From Candidatus Aenigmatarchaeota archaeon (lineage in GTDB: Archaea > Aenigmatarchaeota > Aenigmatarchaeia > GW2011-AR5 > JACRAC01): a stretch of 63,114 bases of DNA. Location: positions 1-63,114 of the forward strand of contig JACPJV010000009.1 in assembly GCA_016187395.1 (NCBI GenBank), written 5' to 3'. Both the position numbers and the translations under genes were made by a program. The notes below the pieces were generated by a model. It had not been told where the DNA came from and did no database searches. It saw only the letters and a program-made list of their open reading frames with translations. Shown here in pieces: positions 33,219 to 42,973 of the stretch. Numbering within the stretch: position 1 is the first letter of the stretch; every line of letters starts with the position of its first letter.

Positions 33219-34121
33219 ATGTCAGGCATGGTAAAGCTTGCAGAATGCGAAGAAAGAACGCAAAAAGAAAGAAGCATAGGAGAGCTTCTGCAAAACGGCA
33301 TGATAATCTTAGATAAGTGGACTGGACCTACGTCACGGGATGTGGTAGGAATCTTGAAAAAGATATTGGAATTAAAAAAGGCCGGTCATCCGGGCACGCT
33401 GGACCCTCCTGCTACGGGCGTATTGCCGGTAATGCTTGAGAACGCCACCAAGGTCATGCCTGCATTGCAAGGACTGGACAAAGAGTACGTTGCTGTCATG
33501 CACATGCACAGGGATTTTGACGAAGATGAAATAAAGAAAAAGCTGGCGGAGTTTGTCGGGGTAATAAAGCAAAAACCCCCTCTCAGGAGTGCGGTTGCGC
33601 GGGTTGTCAGAGAAAGGCGCGTTTACGAAGCAAATCTTTTGCAAAAGGAGGGGCGCAATATCTGCGTACGCATAAAATGCCAGGCAGGAACTTACATAAG
33701 ATTGATTGCGCATGATTTAGGCAAAAAGCTCGGGAGCGGCGCGCATCTGAAGGAGCTGCGAAGAACAGCGGCAGGACCTTTTACTGAACAGGACGCAGTG
33801 AAAATCCAGGATGTGCAGGATGCGTATGAGAAATACAAGAAAGGCAATATTGATGCAATCAAAAAGATCATAAGGCCTGTAGAAGATGCCGTGATGCACG
33901 TAAAGAAGGTTATAATCAAGGACAGTGCCATAACGAATGTAAAAAACGGTTCGCCGCTTTTTACGTCAGGTTTATGCAGCGTTTCATCGAATGTAAGAAA
34001 AGGAAATATGATCGCTATGATGTCTTTGGACGGCTTTCTGATCGCGCTCGGCATTGCAAAGATGGATCTCATAGAAATGAAAAAACGCGGCGTAGCCGTA
34101 AAAACGGACAGGGTTATGTGA
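33219..34121 (+). CDS. cbf5: tRNA/rRNA pseudouridine synthase Cbf5 (H/ACA RNP catalytic subunit)
   Basis: GHPGTLDPPATGVLPV catalytic-Asp motif and a C-terminal PUA-like region. Confidence 0.9.
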   Translation: MSGMVKLAECEERTQKERSIGELLQNGMIILDKWTGPTSRDVVGILKKILELKKAGHPGTLDPPATGVLPVMLENATKVMPALQGLDKEYVAVMHMHRDFDEDEIKKKLAEFVGVIKQKPPLRSAVARVVRERRVYEANLLQKEGRNICVRIKCQAGTYIRLIAHDLGKKLGSGAHLKELRRTAAGPFTEQDAVKIQDVQDAYEKYKKGNIDAIKKIIRPVEDAVMHVKKVIIKDSAITNVKNGSPLFTSGLCSVSSNVRKGNMIAMMSLDGFLIALGIAKMDLIEMKKRGVAVKTDRVM

Positions 34122-34152
34122 ACGATATAAAACCAGGAATAATGATAATGCC

Positions 34153-34689
34153 ATGAAACTGGAGATTGAGGGCGAAAGGATTGTCATAAGAGCATTAAGG
34201 AAAACCGATGCCAGAGACATTCAGAGGCATGCGAAAAGAAGGGAAATAAGCAGGTACAGCAATGTGCCGCATCCGTATACAATGAAGAAGGCCCGCGAGT
34301 TCATAAGACATTCCCATAAAGAGATGCGAAAAGGCAGTGCATATCATCTCGGCATCGCGAACAAGAGAACAGGGAAGATAATTGGCATGATAGCGCTGGG
34401 CATCGATAAAAAAAACAGGAATGCAGAAGCAGGCTACTGGCTTGCAAAGGAATACCGGGGGCGAGGGATTGCGACAGAAGCATTAAAGCTGATTCTAAGT
34501 TTCGGCTTCAGGAGGCTGAAGCTTGTAAGAATATGGGCAAGAGTCATGCATCCGAACAAAAGGTCTGCAGAGCTTCTCGAGAGATGCGGATTCAGGTACG
34601 AGGGGCGGCTGAGAAAAAACACCTTCAGAAACGGGAGGTGGATGGATGACCTGAGGTATGGCATACTGAGAGAAGATTACAAGAGTTGA
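34153..34689 (+). CDS. GNAT N-acetyltransferase (RimJ/RimL-like)
   Basis: YWLAKEYRGRGIATEALKLILSFGF acetyl-CoA binding motif. Confidence 0.85.
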   Translation: MKLEIEGERIVIRALRKTDARDIQRHAKRREISRYSNVPHPYTMKKAREFIRHSHKEMRKGSAYHLGIANKRTGKIIGMIALGIDKKNRNAEAGYWLAKEYRGRGIATEALKLILSFGFRRLKLVRIWARVMHPNKRSAELLERCGFRYEGRLRKNTFRNGRWMDDLRYGILREDYKS

Positions 34690-34704
34690 TATGCAGCTTT
34701 GCAA

Positions 34705-35316
34705 TCACGTCTTTATCCCGTAAGCAGCGCGTATGATTATTGCAAGCGGTATGCTCACAAGTATGTACCAGAGAATCCATCCCCACTCGCTCCCGACAAC
34801 CGGAACAGAAAAAGGCATTGTTGCAACAATGGCGTAGCTTTTTAGCTGCCCCTTTTCTTCAGAGAATTTCCACAGCTTATTTCCTACAGTCATGGAGCAG
34901 GGAAGATTGCATTCACTATCTCCTACACGTATTGTGCTGTCGGAAATGCCCAGTGAAAAGACATTTCCATTAAGCTTTATCTCTGTCGCATCCAAAGGTA
35001 CGCTTACGTCATTGAATTCTGATGCAAGAAACGGAAGCACCAACGCCACGATTACAAGCGACACTATCATAGGCTTCATGTTCATCCGCATCATGTCGCG
35101 CTGGGCTGTCATCATCTCTTTCATGAATTCCTTTGATTTTTCCGGGCTATCCTTAGACACTTTTCTGGCTTCTGCCGACAGGAAAGCAACGCGTTCTTTT
35201 AATGCAGAGGCTTTTTCCTGGTTTATCAGAAACCTATAGAAGACATTTATGATAAGAAGCACTACAGCTGCTATGATAGTGACAGACACGGACGGATTCA
35301 ACGCTTCGAAGACCAT
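34705..35316 (-). CDS. DUF106/EMC3-like (archaeal Oxa1-superfamily) membrane protein
   Basis: TM helix, then the coiled coil KERVAFLSAEARKVSKDSPEKSKEFMKEMMTAQRDMMRMNMKPM, then further TMs. Confidence 0.6.
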   Translation of the reverse strand: MVFEALNPSVSVTIIAAVVLLIINVFYRFLINQEKASALKERVAFLSAEARKVSKDSPEKSKEFMKEMMTAQRDMMRMNMKPMIVSLVIVALVLPFLASEFNDVSVPLDATEIKLNGNVFSLGISDSTIRVGDSECNLPCSMTVGNKLWKFSEEKGQLKSYAIVATMPFSVPVVGSEWGWILWYILVSIPLAIIIRAAYGIKT

Positions 35317-35367
35317 AGAGGTAAACTGGATAAGAAGACTTTTATAGATATTCTGCTTTGTTCATCC

Positions 35368-36072
35368 ATGACGGAATTACTTTATCTTCACGACTCTTAT
35401 ACAAAAGAGTCTGACGCAACTGTTGTAAAGGCAGAAGGCAAAAGGATAGTACTGGACAAAACATGCTTCTACCCAGGAGGAGGCGGGCAGCCAAGGGATA
35501 AAGGGCCTATTGAAAAAGAGGGAGAAAAGTTTGAAATCATTAATGCAAAGAAAGAGGGGAATGATGTCGTGCTTGAAGTTGATAAAGAAGGCCTTTCCTC
35601 AGGAGATAACGTGCACGTAACCATAGACTGGGACTATCGCTACAAGCTCATGCGCATGCATACAGCTGCGCATATCATAGACGCTGTTCTATACAAAGAA
35701 GCTAATGCATTATGCACAGGCAACCAACTTGGAGCTGAGAAAAGCCGCATAGATTTTTCTCTGGAAGTTCTGGATATGGATAAAATGAAAAAATATTTTG
35801 AAGAGGCGAATGAACTTGCCAAAAGAGGGATAGAAGTCAAAATCTATTTCATGAAGAGGGAAGAAGCATTGAAAATCCCCGGCATAGTGAAACTGGCGGC
35901 TGTGATGCCTCCTGCTGTTGAAGAGCTGCGGATAGTGGAAATACCGGGCATAGACATACAGGCTGATGGAGGGACACAGGTGAAGAATACGAAGGAAATA
36001 GGCACAATTGAACTGCTGTCTGTGGAGAACAAGGGCAAAAGCAACAGGAGGGTTTATTTTACTGTGCAATGA
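35368..36072 (+). CDS. alaX: AlaX-type alanyl-tRNA editing protein with altered zinc motif
   Basis: MHTAAHII (HxxxH) is present, but the usual CGGTH motif reads DGGTQ. Confidence 0.8.
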   Translation: MTELLYLHDSYTKESDATVVKAEGKRIVLDKTCFYPGGGGQPRDKGPIEKEGEKFEIINAKKEGNDVVLEVDKEGLSSGDNVHVTIDWDYRYKLMRMHTAAHIIDAVLYKEANALCTGNQLGAEKSRIDFSLEVLDMDKMKKYFEEANELAKRGIEVKIYFMKREEALKIPGIVKLAAVMPPAVEELRIVEIPGIDIQADGGTQVKNTKEIGTIELLSVENKGKSNRRVYFTVQ

Positions 36073-36077
36073 TTCAG

Positions 36078-36557
36078 CTATTTCTTCACCCTCACCACAA
36101 CGGTCTTTGCGAGCAGATCTCCAATCCTCTGCCTGCGATTTGTTACAGCTATTACGATAAGGCCAAGAATATATAGAAAAGGCAGGGCATCAATAAAGCG
36201 AAGAATGTTTCTGGCAAAGGCTGACAAATAGCCGCAAGGCTTCCCGTCTTCCCTGACGACAATGATACCCAAGGCCATCTTGCCGATGGTCTGGCCGCGC
36301 CAGCCCTCAAGGACGAAGCCGTAGAGGAAATTAATGATTACAACGACAAATATCGCAAAGATGAATGAAAGAAATGAAAACATCCCTCCAGTTGCCGTGC
36401 TTCCTGTTGCAAGCGTGCCGGCAGCAAAAGCGCTGAAGAAAGTCACTCCAAGTATGAACAAAGACACTATTCCAAGTATAATCCAGTCTATGACTATCGC
36501 TGCTATTCTATGCCCTATTACATCGGATTCTGTTCCCTTGATTGGTTTTGGCTGCAT
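36078..36557 (-). CDS. RDD-family membrane protein
   Basis: HRIAAIVIDWIILGIV ... GQTIGKMALGIIVV ... RQRIGDLLAKTVVV pattern. Confidence 0.65.
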   Translation of the reverse strand: MQPKPIKGTESDVIGHRIAAIVIDWIILGIVSLFILGVTFFSAFAAGTLATGSTATGGMFSFLSFIFAIFVVVIINFLYGFVLEGWRGQTIGKMALGIIVVREDGKPCGYLSAFARNILRFIDALPFLYILGLIVIAVTNRRQRIGDLLAKTVVVRVKK

Positions 36558-36609
36558 TATAGTTCTTTCACAAAAGCGTATTTAAATTCACCATGATTCA
36601 AATTCTGTC

Positions 36610-36900
36610 ATGAGGATTGTTTTTGAAATAAGCGGTGACAAGTTGTCCCAGGCAGAACAGTTGCTGAAAAAAGATGACATCGTAGGCAGGCAGAGCATTG
36701 CAATCAGAAACGCCAGCGTGCTTGGACTCGAAGGAGATATATTCATAATCATCGACGGAAATGAAGCTGCAATCAAAAGGGCTCAGGAATTACTGAAGGG
36801 CATAGCACAGAAATCGAAGAAAGAAGATCTTGTGCTGAAAAAGTATGACGAGCTTGAGGAAAAGGCTGCAGAAGGCTTCGGGGCGATATTGGGAGAATGA
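36610..36900 (+). CDS. hypothetical protein
   Basis: 96-aa ORF with clean coding appearance and no motif recognised. Confidence 0.45.
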   Translation: MRIVFEISGDKLSQAEQLLKKDDIVGRQSIAIRNASVLGLEGDIFIIIDGNEAAIKRAQELLKGIAQKSKKEDLVLKKYDELEEKAAEGFGAILGE

Positions 36901-36934
36901 TTTGCTTTAAATCCGTTTGTTCTAAACGCGTAGA

Positions 36935-37162
36935 ATGGAAGCGTACGTTTTGATAACCGTTGACCCGAACATGGACAACCAAGTATTCAAGGCTATCCAG
37001 AAACTCCCGGAGGTCAAAGAAACGCACATATTATTTGGCGACTGGGATGTTGTGGCAAAGCTGGAGATGGGAAATCCGGAGCAGCTGGGCAGTATAGTTA
37101 TAGCAAAAATCCGCTCGATAGAGGGAGTTCGCCAGACGAAGACGCTGATTGTGGCGAGATAG
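36935..37162 (+). CDS. stand-alone Lrp/AsnC-type ligand-binding (RAM) domain protein
   Basis: 75 aa. AYVLITV...V..I..LPEVKETHILFGDWDVVAKLE is a typical RAM-domain pattern. Confidence 0.6.
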   Translation: MEAYVLITVDPNMDNQVFKAIQKLPEVKETHILFGDWDVVAKLEMGNPEQLGSIVIAKIRSIEGVRQTKTLIVAR

Positions 37163-37198
37163 AATCAACCAATTTAAACGTACATTATTATTCTTAGC

Positions 37199-38419
37199 AT
37201 GGACTTCGCAGATCTGCACATACATTCGCATTATTCCCGCGCCACGAGCAAGGACATGGATTTGAGGCATTTAGCAGAAGGCGCGAAAACAAAAGGCCTT
37301 ACAATTCTTGGAACAGGGGATTTCACGCATCCGCAATGGCTGAAAGAATTAAAAATGCAATTAAAGGAGGCAGGCGAAGGCATTTATGAACATGGAGGAA
37401 TTAAATGGATCCTGCAGGCAGAGATTTCGCTGATATACACGAAAGGCGGAAAGGGCAGGAGGGTTCATCACCTTATACTTGCTCCCTCCTTTGAGGTTGT
37501 TGATCAAATAAATGCGTGGCTTGACAAGAAGGGAAGACGAGATTACGACGGCAGGCCTATTTTCGGATTCAGCAGCGAGGAGCTTGTGGAAAGCATGATG
37601 GGCATTTCAAAGGACATAATGATAATACCGGCGCATGCGTGGACTCCATGGTTCTCTATCTTCGGAAGCAAGAGCGGCTTCGATAGCGTGGAAGAATGTT
37701 TTGGTGACAAATCAAAATTTATTTTTGCATTGGAGACAGGCTTATCCAGCGACCCTTTGATGAACTGGCGCGTTTCTTCTCTGGATAACTATACGCTTGT
37801 CAGCAACAGCGATCCGCACTCGCCGTATCCCTGGCGTCTAGGAAGGGAGGCAAATGCATTCACGCTCAAGAAAACGGATTACAATCATCTTATAGAGGCG
37901 ATAAAGACGAAAAGGGGATTTGAGTTCACGATAGAGGTTCCGCCGGAATATGGAAAATACCACATTGACGGTCATCGCCTTTGCAATTTTTCCACAGAGC
38001 CCAGCAAAAGAAACGGCGACAGATGCCCGAAGTGCCAAAGGCAACTAACGATAGGCGTGCTGGCGCGGGTGGAAGAACTGGCTGACAGGCCAGATGGCTT
38101 CATTCCAAAGGAGGCAGTGCCGTTCAAATCTTTGTTGCCATTAGCGGAGCTCATAGCTGCGGCGACAGGCTATGGTGTTGCATCAAAAAAGGCGATGGAA
38201 TTATACAGCCAGCTTATTACAAGGTTCGGCAATGAATTTTCCATACTCTTGGAGGCCGGGGAAAGAGAGCTGGCGAAAACAATCCCGGAAAATCTTGCGC
38301 GGCTCATAATAAAGAACAGACAGGGCAAAATAAAAATAGAGCCCGGCTATGACGGCGTGTACGGAAAGCCTGTTCTCAACTCAGGAAAGGAGAGCACGCT
38401 TGGGGAGTTTGTGAGATGA
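37199..38419 (+). CDS. endonuclease Q-like PHP-domain nuclease
   Basis: FADLHIHSHYSRATSKDM..GLTILGTGDFTHPQW N-terminus and an internal CPKCQ zinc finger, as I recall for archaeal EndoQ. Confidence 0.7.
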   Translation: MDFADLHIHSHYSRATSKDMDLRHLAEGAKTKGLTILGTGDFTHPQWLKELKMQLKEAGEGIYEHGGIKWILQAEISLIYTKGGKGRRVHHLILAPSFEVVDQINAWLDKKGRRDYDGRPIFGFSSEELVESMMGISKDIMIIPAHAWTPWFSIFGSKSGFDSVEECFGDKSKFIFALETGLSSDPLMNWRVSSLDNYTLVSNSDPHSPYPWRLGREANAFTLKKTDYNHLIEAIKTKRGFEFTIEVPPEYGKYHIDGHRLCNFSTEPSKRNGDRCPKCQRQLTIGVLARVEELADRPDGFIPKEAVPFKSLLPLAELIAAATGYGVASKKAMELYSQLITRFGNEFSILLEAGERELAKTIPENLARLIIKNRQGKIKIEPGYDGVYGKPVLNSGKESTLGEFVR

Positions 38420-38449
38420 ACTTTAATCGTTTTCTCGGCAATCGCAAAC

Positions 38450-39031
38450 ATGGCAGTTGCTTTTTCCATTGGCAAAGAGCTTGTCGCGAGAAGGCATGAA
38501 AGGCTTCATGTGATAGGAGTCTTGGGAAGGCTTGATGTTCCGCTGGAAAGGGTCAGGGAATTGTACAAAGGTGAAATGCGAATGGACGTTCCCATAGGAA
38601 CGTCAGTTTACCCTACTGAGATTGCCCCTGTAAAGGAGGAGCCGCAGTACGGCAGGGACTTCCTCGCATGCTTTCACTTCACACCGCCTGTAGATATTAC
38701 TTTGGCACGGGCGTATGACGGTGAGTCGTCCATAGTGACATACAGCCTTGACGATTCCAGAGCAAGGCAGCTTATACGAGACATTACTCGTAACATAGGG
38801 TTTGTACCTTCACCACCAACCCCGGATTTCGTCAGGAGGGTTGAAGAGGGCTTTGAAATAGAGAGGCTGATCTACTACACTCTAGAGGCAATGGCAGGAA
38901 TGGCGAGAGCAAGCTTGGAATCTGCATTCGGTGCTGTCCACTATTCTAATTTCCTTCACAGATACTGGGGACTTTCGAAAGAGGAAGGCATTAGAAGGGC
39001 ATCAAAGAGGTTTGGAGTGACGATGCACTAG
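38450..39031 (+). CDS. hypothetical protein
   Basis: 193-aa ORF with no motif recognised. Confidence 0.5.
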   Translation: MAVAFSIGKELVARRHERLHVIGVLGRLDVPLERVRELYKGEMRMDVPIGTSVYPTEIAPVKEEPQYGRDFLACFHFTPPVDITLARAYDGESSIVTYSLDDSRARQLIRDITRNIGFVPSPPTPDFVRRVEEGFEIERLIYYTLEAMAGMARASLESAFGAVHYSNFLHRYWGLSKEEGIRRASKRFGVTMH

Positions 39032-39188
39032 TCTTTTAACGGCTTCTGCGAAATATCATTATGCCGCTACCACATGCCCTTATTGCAGCGAGGAGATAGG
39101 AACGGCGAAAGTCATGAATCTTGGATCAGACAAGATATTCTACGTATGCCACAAATGCAACAAGGTGCTTTCTGTGGGGAATGAATAA
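39021..39188 (+). other. zinc-ribbon reading frame lacking a canonical start before its first CxxC
   Basis: The frame opens after TGA 39018-39020 and encodes ..TTCPYCSEEIGTAKVMNLGSDKIFYVCHKCNKVLSVGNE*. The first ATG/GTG/TTG is ATG 39114, after the CPYC. Confidence 0.3.
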
Positions 39189-39345
39189 AGGCTCTCCGGC
39201 TTATATAAATTTCTATCCAGAATTTCTGATGCCTATACCGATAGAAGAATACGAGGGGATAAGATGGGGCTTTGTCTTCCTGAGAACGATATTCTACGCC
39301 GATCTGGAGACAGACAACGGAGAGGCGCAATTCCGGAAAATATAG
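39181..39345 (+). CDS. hypothetical small protein
   Basis: ATG 39181 overlaps the stop of the zinc-ribbon frame (ATGAATAA). 54 aa. Confidence 0.3.
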   Translation: MNKGSPAYINFYPEFLMPIPIEEYEGIRWGFVFLRTIFYADLETDNGEAQFRKI

Positions 39346-39482
39346 GAGCAGGTATCACGAATCAATGCCGGGATTCAACGAGGGCATTAAGGACGTGGTG
39401 GAGGTGAGCGTGCGATTGTTATTGGAAGATGATGAAAATAGAAAGGCTTAAAGACTTTTTGGCGTAGTTTATTACTGATTTT

Positions 39483-39857
39483 ATGAACTTGATAATTGAT
39501 AATATGGAGTTAAGGCAGCTACTGGATGATGCTGGCAGACATGTTGGCGCCAGTATGTACACCCGCTTCCCTGGAGGATTTGATAGAAAAGATGACAGCC
39601 GTATAAACTTTCATTGTTTTCAAGACGCAACTGACGGTTGCCACGAGGCTAGATTACATAGAATTTATTCCGGTGGACTTTTCGGCAAACCATGTACCAG
39701 ACCTAAACACTTTCAATATCAGGGAATCAATGAAGCTGTCGCTTTGGCTAGGCTCGTGCAGTTTCTTTATGAAAGTGTCGAAACAAGCTATCCGGCATCT
39801 GGGTTGATGGGGCGTTTGGGGTTGAAGAGGCGATTTCGAAGTCACAGGTGCATTTGA
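39483..39857 (+). CDS. hypothetical protein (possibly the 5' part of a frameshifted gene)
   Basis: 124-aa ORF. The downstream ORF frame is already open from ~39825. Confidence 0.35.
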   Translation: MNLIIDNMELRQLLDDAGRHVGASMYTRFPGGFDRKDDSRINFHCFQDATDGCHEARLHRIYSGGLFGKPCTRPKHFQYQGINEAVALARLVQFLYESVETSYPASGLMGRLGLKRRFRSHRCI

Positions 39858-39906
39858 TACTGCTGATGAGCGTGAATATAATCATGGTGGTCGTCCAGGA
39901 AATGTT

Positions 39907-40233
39907 TTGGTTGTTGATATGATTCTTCCAGATCATCTTGCTATGAAAATTTTTGGGCAGATTAAAAGAACCCCGAAATTTGCAAGGGAACTTGTTGAAA
40001 AGGTTGTAATTGAAAATTTAGGTATTTCAGACAATGATTGGAGAAGAGGCCAACCAATAAGCTATGATGCTAATCCAAATCCGATGCGCCCACCGTACGG
40101 GGCATGGGCCAGAAATAAAGGGGGATATTCAAAAATGGCAATTCAAGAGTCAGGCGCGAGAATATCATATGGAGAAGACCCATTTGGTAGAGCACTAGAG
40201 TTTAGAGAATATTCAGTAATTGATGTGAAATAA
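39907..40233 (+). CDS. hypothetical protein (possibly the 3' part of a frameshifted gene)
   Basis: The TTG-start track ORF is open upstream to about 39825 (RGDFEVTGAFDTADEREYNHGGRPGNVLVVD). Confidence 0.35.
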   Translation: MVVDMILPDHLAMKIFGQIKRTPKFARELVEKVVIENLGISDNDWRRGQPISYDANPNPMRPPYGAWARNKGGYSKMAIQESGARISYGEDPFGRALEFREYSVIDVK

Positions 40234-40291
40234 TCCTGTCATCTCTATAACCTGAATTAGTGAATCATATGATAAAAAAGCGTACTATCTT

Positions 40292-40669
40292 TTATTTCCC
40301 TTTCCTGAATTTCAGCGCAGCGGAATTTATGCAGAACCTCTTTCCTGCAGGCTTGTCGCTGAAAAGATGGCCTAAATGCCCTCCGCATCTCTTGCACAAA
40401 ACCTCTGTCCGCACCATGTCATGGCTCCGGTCTTCTTTCAGCTCTATGCTATTGCCTTCAGCCTTCCAGAAGCTGGGCCAGCCGCTGCCTGAGTCATATT
40501 TCGCCTCAGAAGAGAAAAGCTCTGCGCCGCAGCCTGTGCACATGTATGTGCCCTTGTCCTTGTTGTAAAGCAGCTTGCCTGTGAAAGGCGGCTCCGTGCC
40601 TTTTTTACGCAAGATTGAATATTGCTCTGGCGTGAGCTTTTTTTGCCACTCTTCATCGCTTATCGGCAT
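40292..40669 (-). CDS. msrB: peptide-methionine (R)-S-oxide reductase MsrB
   Basis: [27 protein letters not shown] and RFCINS motifs. Confidence 0.93.
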   Translation of the reverse strand: MPISDEEWQKKLTPEQYSILRKKGTEPPFTGKLLYNKDKGTYMCTGCGAELFSSEAKYDSGSGWPSFWKAEGNSIELKEDRSHDMVRTEVLCKRCGGHLGHLFSDKPAGKRFCINSAALKFRKGK

Positions 40670-40753
40670 GAATTATCCTGCACATCTTTTCTTTAAAAGA
40701 GAAATAATAAATGGTGACCTGTCATACATTACGGTAGCCAATATTACATGTCA

Positions 40754-41410
40754 CTAAATGTTTTCAAAAATGAAAGACATTAATTTTCTTTCTGCTGAAT
40801 GCAAGTGTTCCTGATAAGTTTGACGCGATACGCCGAATTGCTGTGCAAGTTTGTCCATATCAGCTCTTTTTGGAGTTTCATAATACCCGTTTTCAATTGC
40901 GATGTGTAAGGCCTTTCTTTGCCTATCCGTAAGGTCTGGGAATATCTTCGGGATGTATATATCGCCCTGCTTTATTTTTGTTAATGAAACGAGCTGGATA
41001 TCGAAAACGTCAGGCGCTTTCTGCATTAAATTTAACAATTGTTTTTTACCCCAGCTTGCAAATTCCCAATACTCGTAACCGTCAGGCTTCAGTATGATGG
41101 GTTTATTCTGAAAGAGTGACCGATCGAAGAAAGGAGCATAATAGCTTTTTTGCAAGCTTTCAACGTTTAATGTAAAAAACATATTTCCTACAGGCAAAAT
41201 TGTTCTGATACTCTTTATTTTTCTTACGTCAGAGAGAAAACTTGATTTATTTTGGCTTGAGCCTTCCAAAATGTGAATTTCTGTGTAAAAGAAATTCCTT
41301 TTATTTTGGTACGCATTGACAAGGTAAACGTAATCGATAATCCCGTGTTTTACGCATAGCGGCTCGACCAGACAGTTTTCGTGCAAAACCTTCATTTTTG
41401 CTAGCCACAT
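40754..41410 (-). CDS. HTH_10 (Bat-like) transcriptional regulator
   Basis: C-terminal LTDRQRKALHIAIENGYYETPKRADMDKLAQQFGVSRQTYQEHLHSAERKL. Confidence 0.7.
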   Translation of the reverse strand: MWLAKMKVLHENCLVEPLCVKHGIIDYVYLVNAYQNKRNFFYTEIHILEGSSQNKSSFLSDVRKIKSIRTILPVGNMFFTLNVESLQKSYYAPFFDRSLFQNKPIILKPDGYEYWEFASWGKKQLLNLMQKAPDVFDIQLVSLTKIKQGDIYIPKIFPDLTDRQRKALHIAIENGYYETPKRADMDKLAQQFGVSRQTYQEHLHSAERKLMSFIFENI

Positions 41411-41491
41411 TAAGAATTTATGTTTCTCACAATTTAAATACCAGCGTGTGCTGGTATTAACTTAAACTACTATACTGTAGTAAATATATAG

Positions 41492-42967
41492 ATGAGAGTG
41501 TATCTAGTAAACGCAGCCAATGACGACACCTCCGCCACGGCCAACGATAAAACATTTCCGGCAGCTGGTGTGTTATCGCTTGCTTCGGCTGTAAAGCTGT
41601 ACAGGCCTGACGTAGAAGTTTACGCCCGGGACGGCCAAGTATACGCGTTAGAAAATATATTTGCAGATATAAAATGTTTGAAGCCCGATGTTGTCGGAAT
41701 TAGCGTTCTGGGGACGTCTTATCAGAATTCTTTGAAAATAGCAGAAGCTGCGAAGAATAGTGGGGCGACCACTGTTTTTGGTAACGACCATGCAGCTATA
41801 ATGGCTAAAAACATACTGAATTCTCGTGATGTTGTTGATTATATCTGTATTGCTGATGCAGGTGAATATCCATTTCTTGAGATTTTGGAATTTCTAGAGG
41901 GCAGAAGAAAGATAAGCGAAGTCTCAAAATTAGCATATAGAACAAATCAAGGCATAACTATGAATCATGGCCCAGAAATGCCGCTTGCTCCTAACTCAAC
42001 AATTCTTGATAGCATACCCACATTAGATAGAACATTGTATCCACAGAGTCATTGGAATGAGTATCGCGACAATTATTGGCAAAGATATGCCAAAACACAC
42101 CATGGCGAAAATGTTAAAGGTGTCGATACAATCAATAGAGCCCGTGGCTGTTCCAGATTCAAAGACGCATGCCTATTTTGTGGCATTGCGGACCTTTCAA
42201 TGAGACTTTCGAGTCCAGAAATGTTTTGGAGGGAGGTACTTACGGGAATGCAGCAAACGAATGCAAATATATTCTATGAAGCTTTTGACAGCATGAGCAG
42301 CGCACCTGGGTGGATCAGACGTCTTGTTGTTGCAAAGCCAAAAAATGCAGAAAATGCCAGATTTTTCGTATACACACAAGCTTTAGAAACAACTAGAAAT
42401 TTGGTAGAGCTATACAAAGATCTCGGAGTTTACCGCGTCAATATGGGTTATGAATCCGGTGACGACAACATGCTAAAGCGGCTGAAAGGTCCAAAAGACA
42501 GTGTGCAGCAAAACAAGAATGCATCACTAATGTACAGGGATTCGGATATTCGTATCTATGGGTCTCTTGTCTTGGGTGGACCTGGCGAGACGCATAAAAC
42601 ACTGCAAAGAAGTGTAGATTTTGCACGGTGGGCCGTTGACAACGATGTCATTGCCGCTATTGAGGCGCAGCCGCTGTTTCCAGAAATGAATGCCCGGGCC
42701 GGGAAATGGCTTATGAACCCTGATCTTGCCATAAGTGATTCTGAGAAAATGGGTTTTTCAATCAGAGATAGAAATTTGCTTTTCCAAATGCCATCAAAAT
42801 ACAGGAGCAGAGACGATCAATGGTTCGGCGACGAAATTGCAAAAGACTGGACTGAGATATTCTGCAATGTAAGCTATGACGATCTATTGAATGCAGCAAG
42901 AGAAATTAGGAGCTATGCTGCAAAGCATGGCTATGCCGAAGGCAGTGGCGTATCAAAAGAGCTATAG
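41492..42967 (+). CDS. B12-binding-domain radical SAM protein with non-canonical Cx6Cx2C motif
   Basis: N-terminal Rossmann/B12-like domain (PDVVGISVLGTSY...). Cluster motif RGCSRFKDACLFCGI. Radical-SAM-like GYESGDDNML. Confidence 0.75.
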   Translation: MRVYLVNAANDDTSATANDKTFPAAGVLSLASAVKLYRPDVEVYARDGQVYALENIFADIKCLKPDVVGISVLGTSYQNSLKIAEAAKNSGATTVFGNDHAAIMAKNILNSRDVVDYICIADAGEYPFLEILEFLEGRRKISEVSKLAYRTNQGITMNHGPEMPLAPNSTILDSIPTLDRTLYPQSHWNEYRDNYWQRYAKTHHGENVKGVDTINRARGCSRFKDACLFCGIADLSMRLSSPEMFWREVLTGMQQTNANIFYEAFDSMSSAPGWIRRLVVAKPKNAENARFFVYTQALETTRNLVELYKDLGVYRVNMGYESGDDNMLKRLKGPKDSVQQNKNASLMYRDSDIRIYGSLVLGGPGETHKTLQRSVDFARWAVDNDVIAAIEAQPLFPEMNARAGKWLMNPDLAISDSEKMGFSIRDRNLLFQMPSKYRSRDDQWFGDEIAKDWTEIFCNVSYDDLLNAAREIRSYAAKHGYAEGSGVSKEL

Positions 42968-42973
42968 CCTTCA

